The notes beneath the pieces are model-generated. The model ran no database searches. It was not told the DNA's origin and saw only the letters and a list, made by a program, of their open reading frames with translations. From the IMG/VR virus record IMGVR_UViG_3300032040_000017, positions 1-46,021 of that record: a stretch of DNA of 46,021 nt; one strand, 5' to 3'. The position numbers and the translations under genes are program-made. Source of the stretch: a virus (lineage: Duplodnaviria; Caudoviricetes). This document shows positions 34,805 to 45,000 of the stretch, one piece after another; positions within the stretch are counted from its first letter, which is position 1; each line of letters begins with the position of its first letter.

Positions 34805-35967
34805 GCTTAGGTGGATTATTGGCACAAGCAACGCTCGGCGGGGCCGCAGGCGTCGGCAAGGGCATTGGTGACCGGATTCGGGCCGACGCCCAGCTCAAGC
34901 GCAAGGAACTCCTGGCTGAAAAGCAGACCACGGAAACCATGAAGCGCCAGACGCACAACAGCGGCCTCCGGCGCGAAGAGAACACGCAGCAGCACGGCAT
35001 GACCCTGGATCAGCAGACCGCCCAAAACGACGACGCTCGCGGGCGCATCGAGCTGACCGACGAGCTGGGGCAGGAAAACTACCAGGACGTGAACGACGAG
35101 AGTGGGAATATCATCGGCCAGCGCGAGACGGACAGCAACCGATACGAGCCTTACGCCACCGACTCCGCCGGCAGTGATCTGTCCGACCTTGGCAAGCTGC
35201 GCATTGAGACGCTGAACTCCGAGATTGAGGCCATCTACAAAAGCACGGCCGATCTGGGCGGGGTGATGAGCCCGGAGGACGAGGACCGGCTTGGCGTTCT
35301 GACGCTCAATCGCAACGCTCTATTGTATGGGTCCAAATTATCGGACTACACCGGCGAAGGCTCGGGTGATCCGGCGGCAGGCGGCGAGGCATCAGCGGAT
35401 CCCGCGGGCACGTCAGAGCCGAACAGCTTTGAAGAAGACGTTCAGCAGGAAGTTGATCGACGTGACGCCAAAGGCAAGGACCGAGATCTTGGAAAGAAAA
35501 TTGAAAAGATCCAGGATGACGCCGAAAAAGCCCTGAAGAGCCTCACCCCGAGGCCAAAATCCGGACCTATGGGGCGGCCAGTGGGTGGCGCGAATCAAAA
35601 TCGCGTGTCGCCAGAGACGGTTGCCGAAGCCCGGGATACGCTGGCTCGGCTCTATCGGGCCACCGCCGACGAAAAGACTTACAATGCCATGTCGGATCGC
35701 GCAAAGACCCAGCTAAAAAGCACGGTCCTCAAACTTGAGGCGAAGCTACGTGAGCAGGGCAACAATGCACCGCCACCTGAAGCGCCAAGCAACGAAGGGA
35801 ACCCCGACCAAGAAGCGACCCCGCCGGGTAACGGGCTCACGTCTTCCGAAATGAACTACAACCCCAGTAAATCCGATATTTACCCGCAGGCCAATGCGTC
35901 CGAACAGATTAGCCTGAACAGAGGATTGCTGCAGCGTCGATTCCCCGACCAGTACGGAGAGGGGTAG
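34801..35967 (+). CDS. Putative internal virion/ejection protein
   Basis: MSLGGLLAQATLGGAAGVGKGIG N-terminus, ATGA coupling. Confidence 0.65.
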   Translation: MSLGGLLAQATLGGAAGVGKGIGDRIRADAQLKRKELLAEKQTTETMKRQTHNSGLRREENTQQHGMTLDQQTAQNDDARGRIELTDELGQENYQDVNDESGNIIGQRETDSNRYEPYATDSAGSDLSDLGKLRIETLNSEIEAIYKSTADLGGVMSPEDEDRLGVLTLNRNALLYGSKLSDYTGEGSGDPAAGGEASADPAGTSEPNSFEEDVQQEVDRRDAKGKDRDLGKKIEKIQDDAEKALKSLTPRPKSGPMGRPVGGANQNRVSPETVAEARDTLARLYRATADEKTYNAMSDRAKTQLKSTVLKLEAKLREQGNNAPPPEAPSNEGNPDQEATPPGNGLTSSEMNYNPSKSDIYPQANASEQISLNRGLLQRRFPDQYGEG

Positions 35968-36062
35968 GTCGCACCGAAGCAGCGCCGCAGCCGTGGCCCC
36001 ATCGCTGAACCTCGCGTGACGTGTCACGGTTATTTATTCGTTTTGTCGGGAGACAACGTCCA

Positions 36063-39000
36063 ATGAGCCTTCTCAACCAGATCCGCAGCAAGAACCCCGC
36101 CCTCGCCAGCAAGTCCGACGAAGAAATAAAGTCAGACATTCGCAAATTTCCAGAGTTTTCCACCTTTACAGACAGCCAGTTTGATCGGTTCGTCACGGGA
36201 AGCTATGGGCAGGATTCCGGCAGCGACAAGCCAGACAGCGACAGCACGCCCGGCTTTACCGGTGGTCTGGCCGCAGGCGTGGACCAAGTGCAGGGCATGG
36301 GTGGCGGCCTTATACAAGCCGCTGGCGCCGCCGTTGAAAGCGATGCCCTGTGGGACTTCGGCAAGGATATGTACGAGCGAAACATGGCCGAGGCGGGTGA
36401 GAACGCCTTGGACTACGGCTTTACCGACATTCGCGGGGCCGGCGATGCCTTTAACTGGGCGCGCTATACCGCCGGCAACCTGCTACCAACGCTGGCCGTG
36501 TCGCTTGCAGGTGGTGGTATCGGTGGCGTGGCGGGGCGTGTACTGGCGGGGGAAGTGGCCAAGCAATCGGCCATAAGGGCCGGTCAGGGCATTGGCGCGA
36601 TGCTCGCGTCATCCGGCATGGAAACTGGCTCAATCATGGGCGAGACTGAGACGCTGGACGTCTCCCTGGCGCACGGTGTATTGGCGGGTTCTTTAGACGC
36701 TCTGCTACCGTTCCATTTGCTGCGCAAGGCAGGCGCCGGCGGCGTGGCCGACAGAGCTACCGACGAGATCGGGGACAGCGTTTTACGCTCCCTGAGATCC
36801 ACGGCTGCTCAAAGTGGCCGCGCAGCCGCCGGCAAGGGCTCACTGATTGGGCTGATTGCCGAGGCGCCGACCGAAGGCCTGCAGGGTTTGATTGGCCAGC
36901 ACGCGAACTACTGGGTGGAAAATAACGGCGAGTCGCTGCTCAACAACTTGAGCGAGGTTGACTGGAAAGCCGTTATTGACGAAGCCGCCGCCGGCGGTCT
37001 GATGGGTGGCGGTCTTGGTGCGCCGGTTGGGCTCATTGAGCGTGGTAAGGCCCGCTCTCAGGTAGCGCGCATTGATGAGGCGAAACGGGCCGCAGAACAG
37101 GAAGGCGGGGACGCCCTGGACCAGCTGCGCGCCGCTCAGGAAGCCGAGCGCCGTGGGCAGTCAGAGGGTGATATCCCGACGCCACAGCCAGGCGACATGC
37201 CCGGCGATTTCAGCACGCCCTATGACGTGCCACCTGTACCCAAAGGCCTACGAGAGCAGGACCGCCCTGCCGGCACTGTTCGCGACCTTGAATCAGGTGG
37301 CGCACCCCGAGTGGTGTTTGATGACCAGCCAGCCCCAGCGCCATTGACGGATGAGCAAGAGCGCGCCCAGTTCGGCATGACCCGCGCCGAGCTTGAGGCC
37401 ATGAGAGATCAGGCGCAAAACCGCACGCAGCCGGCCGAGGATCCCGCCCTTGCCGGGCGATCTGAGAATGGTCTGACTGGGGAGGGGACCGGCGTTTACC
37501 GCGTGCCCGTCGATCAGCTGCAAGTCGATCCCGATCAATACCAGTTCCGCAGCCGCATGAATCAGTCCGGTGTAGACAGCCGCCTCGATAGCGTGAAGAA
37601 GTGGGACGAAAACCGAGCCGGGGATATCCTGGTACATCGCCGCAGCGACGGCTCCCTGTTTGTGGCCGATGGTCACCACCGTTTGGATCTGGCGAAACGG
37701 CTTGGCCAGAAAGACGTAAACGTGCGGATCCTGGATGAAGCTGACGGCGTCGACGTGCCCGGTGCCCGCGTTGAAGCGGCTATGGCCAACATCGCGGACG
37801 GCAAGGCCGAGCCTTTGGACGTTGCCAAAGTGTTCCGCGATATTGATGAGCCGAACAAGGAGATCCGCAAAAGCTACAACCTACCCAATAAGCAGGTCAC
37901 ACTGGACGGCGAAGCACTGGCGAACTTGTCGGACAATGCCTTTGGTATGGTCGTGGCCGGGCAGCTGAGCGAGAAGGACGGCGCCGCCGTGGGCGCAAAC
38001 TTTGAAGGCTCAACCCAGCAGGAAGCCGCCGTTCGCGCTTTCCAGAACATCACCCCAAAGACCGCCTCTGAGCGACAGCTCCTGGTGAACGAAATCCGTG
38101 CCGCCGGCTTTGCTGAGACACAAGGCAACCAGGGCGGCCTGTTTGGCGACGATCCCGCCGAGATCAGCTTGCTGCAAAAGCGCTTGTCTGTGCTGGATTC
38201 TCTGCGCCAGGCGCTGGCATTCGATAAAAAGCTGTTCGGAAGCCTGAACAAGAACGCCGGCCGGGCCGGTGAAGCCGGCAACCAGATTGCCACCGAGGCG
38301 AACAAGGACATTACCGAGGAAAGCGCCAAGGCGCTGGACATGATTAACCGGGTATCCACCACCCCGGCGCTGAACGACATGGTCAACCGTGCTGCCCGCC
38401 GTCTGGTGGATGGCGAAAAGAAAGCCCCGGTCGTGCGCGACCTGAAAACGGAGTTACTTGCTTATGAGCAAACCAACAATCAGTCGGGAACAGTCGGAAC
38501 GGGCCGCCAAGGATCTACCCCTGTACCTGGCAACCAACCGGCTACTGGCCAGGGGCTGGGACCGGCAGAAAGTGAAAGAGTACCTGGACAAAACGCCGCT
38601 GGAGCAGATCAAGGCGGAAAATCGCAGGGCGCAAGAAGCGAAGTAGCCCCAGACCTCGACCTCGAAACACAGACCGAAGGTGAGCTATCCCGCCGGGACC
38701 GGGTTCGCCAGCAAGCCGAAAAGGCAAAGACGGATCAGCGCCGCAAGGATGAGAAACGCGAGCAGGCCGACGCCGAAGCGGGCGACTTCACCCTATCTGG
38801 CAGTGACAGCGCTGTGGATAAGGCCGAAGCGCGTGGCCAGGAAAATATGTTTGACGAGCCGGGTCCAGGCCGCCGACAGGACGAGGAAGGCCGCCGTCGC
38901 GTCAATGAGATGACCGACAAAGAAATGCGCAAGGCGCTATTAATAGACGCCCTAACGGGCCTTGGAAATCGTCGCGCCTATGCAGAAAATGAGCGCAAGC

Positions 39001-42000
39001 CGGTGCAGGTGTCTGCGGATGCCGATTCGCTCAAGTGGATCAACGACAACATGAGCCACGGCGCAGGCGACAAAATGCTTGAAGCCATTGGCCGTGCATT
39101 TAAGGCGCAAGACGCGGACGCCTACCACCCGAGCGGTGATGAGTTCTGGCTACAAGCAAGGACCGAGCAGGAAGCCGAGCGCATCATGCAGGCGGTCGCG
39201 TCTGACCTTGAAGGGGCCATTATTGAATTTGAGCTCCCCAGTGGCGAAGTTATCACCAAACGCGGAATAGGAATTAGTTATGGGACAGCAGGAACGATTG
39301 AAACGGCCGAGCAGCGGCTCCAGGAAAACAAGTCCGAGCGCGAGCGCACAGGGCAGCGCTCAGGCCGTGGCGAAATCCCGCCGGGCGTCACCCGCCGCGA
39401 CCCCGGAGTTTCTGGAGAGCTTGCCGGAGAAAACCAAAGTCCTCAGAGTGACGCTGCCGAGCGACCGGGCCTCGATCCAGCCGCGCTGACGGGCAAGGAA
39501 AAGCGCAAGGCCAAGCTGGAATCCCTTCGCGCCGACGCTGCCGAGCTGGGCATTGATGGTGCCGGCAAGAGCCGTAAGGAGCTGAAAGACCTTATGGCCG
39601 AGTCGGCGCCCGCTCAAGAGCCCGCACCTAAACAGAAGCCTGAAGCCTCGAAAAACACCATTGTCACCGACGACGCCGCGGAAAAAGCGCGCGCCATACT
39701 GAAGGCCAAGCTGGGCCAGATGAACGCCGGCCTTGACCCTGAGATGTATCAGGCCGGCATCACGCTAACGCTGTACCACATTGAGAAAGGCGCCCGGACG
39801 TTCAGCGCCTACGCGCAAGCCATGGTCGCCGACCTTGGGGATATGGCAAAACCGTACCTGAAGCAGTGGTATCTGGGCGCCAAGTTCGATCCACGGTCCA
39901 CCGAGATGGAAGGATTGGACGGCGCCGGGCTGGTGGAAGACGCTCGCATTGACGACATTTTGGCCGAAGGCGCAGAGACTACCCCGGCAACTGCCCCGGA
40001 CACTGCCCCGGTAGCCGATGAGACACTGTCCGGTGTGCTGTATCAGCGCCTTGATGAAATCACCGATAACCGTAAGCTGAAAGCCGTTGTCGCCGACTAC
40101 CTGGGCAAGAAGCCCGCAGACGTGACCGACCAAGAGATGAAGCAGGCGCAAGAGGCGCTGGAGGGCGCACTGGTCAACCGTGCCCGTGACATTGTCCAGC
40201 GCGATGCCAGTCGTTCAGATCGTGAGGTCTTCGACGAGCTGCAAGCCCTGTACGCGGCACAGCCCAACCTGAACGTGCGCAGCTCCAGCAGCATGGAGCG
40301 ACAGGCGTACAGCACCCCGGCGCCGCTGGCGTTCCTGAGCTCGCGCCTCGCGGGCATCACCGAAGCCACCACCGTCTATGAGCCCACCGCCGGCAACGGC
40401 ATGCTACTGATTGGGGCGCCAACGGATAACGTCATTGCTAATGAGCTGGACCCAGGCCGCGCCGCGTTGCTGGAAATCCAGGGCATTGAGGCGACCCAGG
40501 AGGACGCAACCACTTTTGTACCGGGCGATAAAGTAGACTCGGTCATTATGAACCCCCCGTTTGGGCGATTGAAAGACGAGGACGGAAACGCTAAACCTGT
40601 CAAGGTGGATGGCTATACCATCAAGTCCATTGACCACCTGATCGCCGCAAAAGCCCTTGAAGCCATGCGCGACGACGGACAGGCCACCATGATTATCGGG
40701 GCCAGCAAGGCGGCCGGCGAGATTGGCGCAGCGGATCGCACATTTTTCAATTGGCTGTACCGAACCTACAACGTGACAAGTCACTTTGAAGTGGACGGCG
40801 ACCTATACAACCGACAAGGCGCCGGATGGCCGGTCCGCGTCATTACCATCAACGGACGCAAGGCCAGCAATCAGATCTCCCCAAAATCGGGCGTGATCGA
40901 GCGGGCCATGAATTGGAGCGAAGTTTATGAACAGTACCAGCGCGGTCTGGCTGCCCAAGAATCTGACGCCAGAGGGTCAACAAATTCTAGCGGTACCGAC
41001 CAGCAAGACACAGAAAATGGACCGATTCCTGCTGCAAATGGCGATCGCCAACAAAATCGTCCGGATGGCCCAGCGAGAAGAGCTCGAGGACGAGGACGTG
41101 TTGGAACTGCTGCAGATGGACCCGGAACTGGCGGCGGCAATCGGACCGCTGACGGAAACACGACCGATGGCGGAGGCCTTGTTAATGGCGGACAGTCTGA
41201 ACAATCTGATATTTCAGGCCGACCTGACGAGCAAGCCGACTCGCGAGCCTCAAGCGCTGGAGGATCTGGAAGCGCAAACACTGGAAAGCTGGGTGTCAAG
41301 TCTGCAAAGGGTAAGCCAGGGGAGCTAAACGGCTCGGATTTCCAGGCCCCGTACCAGACGCTTAGCACCGGTAAGAACGACAACGTACTGACGCCCAATA
41401 ACATGGCTTTGCCACTGAGTCAGGCGCTGTCTGATCTGGAGCAGTCCGTTGGAAACCTGGATACCTACGTCCAGGAGAAGCTTGGCTACGACACCATCGC
41501 TGAAATGCACGAGTCGTTCATGGGCCTGCAGGTGGACGCCGTCGCGGCATCCATCTACAACATTGAGAACAACAAGGGCATTATCATCGCCGACCAGACC
41601 GGCGTGGGCAAAGGCCGGCAAGCGGCTGCGATCATTCGATACGCCCGCCGGGTGGGGAAAACCCCGATCTTTATGTCTGTATCGCCCAACCTGTTCTCCG
41701 ATATGTACGGTGACCTGAAGGATATTGGCGATCACGACGTTAAGCCGTTCGTAGTGAACGCCGGCGAAAAGGTGACCTACAAGGAGCGGGAGGTTTACAA
41801 GGCCCGGGCGAGCGGCAAAAAACACAGCGCCACACTGCAGGCCATGGCGGCAACCGGCCAGATGCCGGCGGATACCGACACCCTATTCCTCACTTATTCA
41901 CAGATCACGGCCGATAACCTGCAGCGCAAGGTTATGAAGAAAATGTCTGAGAACGCCATATTCGTGCTCGATGAGGCGCACAACGTCTCCGGCGCTCGAA

Positions 42001-45000
42001 GCAGTCCGATTCCTGCAGCCAAGGGCGGCGGTGAGCGAGTGACGGCGGCCGGCTTCATGTTTGAGCTGATCGAAGATAAGCCCGTGGTGTACCTGTCTGC
42101 GACCTTTGCCAAGCGCCCCGACAACCTCCCGATCTATTACCGCACGGATTTGTCAGATGCGGTCGATGATATTTCTCAAATAGAAGACGCGATGGCGTCG
42201 GGCGGGCTCCCCCTGCAGGCGGTAATCTCCAACATGCTGGCCCGGGCTGGGCAGCTGTTCCGCCGCGAGCGCAGCTTTGACGGTATCGAGATCAACACGT
42301 CCATCGACACCGACAATACAAAGGCCCACGAGCGCCTGGCCGATACCGTGGCCAAAGGCCTGTCTGCTATTAATACGGCGGACAAGCTGTTTCACAACGT
42401 CGCCATGGAAGGGGTCAAGGAGGCGGAAGAAGGCGCGGGCGGTTCTGCCACAGGCGCCGGCAATCGCGCCGGCAACGTCGATCACGCGAACTTTTCCTCG
42501 GTCATTCACAACTACATTGGCCAGTTGCTGCTGGGGCTGAAAGTGGAGCGGTCGGCAAGCCAGGCCATTGAGCTGCACAAAAAAGGCGTTAAACCCGTCA
42601 TTGCACTCGAAAACACCATGGGCTCATTCTTGTCACAGTACGTCGAGGATATGGGCCTGAGTGTGGGTGACCCCGTTGACGCAACGTACAACGATATTCT
42701 GCTGCGGGCGCTGGATCGCAGTCGCCGGTACTCGCGCACGGCGCCAAACGGCGACAAGAAAGCCGTTCAGGTGAGCCTTGGCGAGCTGGACCCCATGACT
42801 CGCAAAGCGTATCTGGAGGCCCAGAAGGTCATCGAAGATCTGGATATTTCCGATATACCCATTTCACCCATCGACCTTATGCGCTATCGCATGGGGCAGG
42901 CGGGCATGAAGGTATCCGAAATCACCGGGCGCGACCTGACGCTGGACTACAGCACCAACCCGCCGACGCTGGCCAAGCGTGATTCAAAAGAGCAGAACGA
43001 CAAGCGCGCCACCGTGGACGGTTTCAATTCGGGCCGGCTCGATGCCCTGGTACTGAACATCGCCGGCTCCACCGGCTTGTCCCTTCACTCCGCGAGCAAG
43101 TTCAAAGACCAAAAGCCCCGTCACATGATTGTGGCCCAGGCGCCCAAAGACATTAACATTCTGATGCAGATGCTGGGGCGCATTAACCGAACCGGCCAGG
43201 TAGCGCTCCCCGAATACACCATGCTGGGCCTGAACATTCCGGCGGAGAAGCGGCCCCTGGCGGTCACGGCCAAGAAAATGAAGTCGTTGAACGCCAATAC
43301 CAGCGCCAACGATAAGTCGGATACCAGCGTTGACGCGCCGGACTACCTTAATAAATACGGTGACCAGGTAGTGGCCGAGTACCTGCAAGGCAATCCAGAG
43401 TTGGCGCTTGAGCTGGATTTGGTGATGCCCGTCGCAGACAGTGGCGCGGAGATGGGCGCTCAGCCGGGCTTGGCGATGAAGTTCACCGGGCGCATGGCTC
43501 GGGTACCCGTTGAGACGCAAAAAGCCGCGTATGACGAAGTCGAAACCACTTATGCGCAGCTGGTTGAGTACCTGAACAAAACCGGCCAAAACGATCTGGA
43601 CCCGCAGACCCTTGAGCTCGACGCCAAGATTCTGGACTCCAAGGTGGTCTACGAGGGCAAGGATCCCACCACCATATTCGGCGGTAATACGACGCTTCAC
43701 AAAATCGACGCCAAGTATTTGGGCAAGCCACCCACGGGCAAGGACGTGCGCGACGAGCTCGCCAAAACCTTAAAGAACACCACGGAGGACGCCTACGCCG
43801 CAGACTTGATGGCACAGCTGCAGGCCAGCACCGGTCCGCAGATAATGACCGACCGAGCGCAAGAGCGGGTTCGTGAGCTGGATTCGACCATTCAGACCGA
43901 GGCGGAAAAAGACGGCCTGCAGGACGGTACCGCACAGGAGATCGCTGAACAGGCCAAGCTGCGCGATGATGCCGATATTGCGAAAAAATACCTCGACCTG
44001 GAGGGCCGTCTGCGCGATGCCGTGGGCGCTGAAAAGATTCTGAGTGCACGGCTTCAGGACTCCCGCGACCGCACGACCCGGGCCGTGAACAGCACGTTCA
44101 AGGTGGGCGAGCGGGTAATGCTGGACCTGCAAGACGAAGTCGTGACCGGCGTTGTCACTGAGATAAAGATCAACCCGAAGGGCAAAGGCGACCCCTACGC
44201 CCTGTCCAAAACCCGCGTGTCGTTCATGGTCAACAGCGGTGTGCGAACCATCGACGTGCCATTGAGCAAGCTCAAAGAGTCAGGCGCCATCTACATGCAG
44301 CCGTTAAAGCGCGGCACGGATGCCGACCTGGATAAGATCTTCAAGGGCCAGGGCTCCGACGGCGATATGCGCGAAACCCGGTTCGTGGCGACCGGAAACC
44401 TGATTGCAGCGGCAGCGGACAGTTCCATGCCAGGCCGCATCATTGCGTTCACCGACAGCACGGGGAAAACGCACCAGGGCAAACTGCTGCCGCGCCGCTA
44501 TGAAGATGAGAATTTTGACGAGGCTGGAGCCGGGCAGTACATGGTGCTGCGCGATAAAGCGGTCTTGGCCAAGTTCCTGAAGAACAACCCGGACGACATT
44601 CGCCAGGCCGGGGGCGTGTTCGACCCCAGGCAGCTTGTGCGCCTCATTCCGAAGGCAAACGGAAAGTGGGCCGTCACCGTCGCCAAGGCGAACAAAGAAG
44701 AGCTGGCCAGGAAAGTGAAGTTTAACCAGCCCCTGCTGTCCGCCATGGGCATGGAGTTTTACGGCAGCGGTAAAACCATGGAGGCCACCTTCAGCCCGGA
44801 CCGGCTAAACAAGGTAACGGAGGCGTTGGCGAGCATAACCCCGCTGAGCGCACTCCCGTCACTGCGCAAGCAATGGGAGAAAGCCGGGGGCAAGACCGCG
44901 TCCAAGGCTGCTCAGACCTTTGACGACAGCCCCGTCGACAACCGTTCTGGCGATGTGCCTGCGTTCAGCCTCTCCAGCCAAACCGACACCGACGCCTTCC

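Noticed and set aside
39280-39489. Possible third nested +1 ORF after the GGDEF domain
   Set aside because: Its first half overlaps the GGDEF domain and reads as S/R-rich shadow; only the last ~28 aa look protein-like and there is no clear RBS. A remnant cannot be excluded
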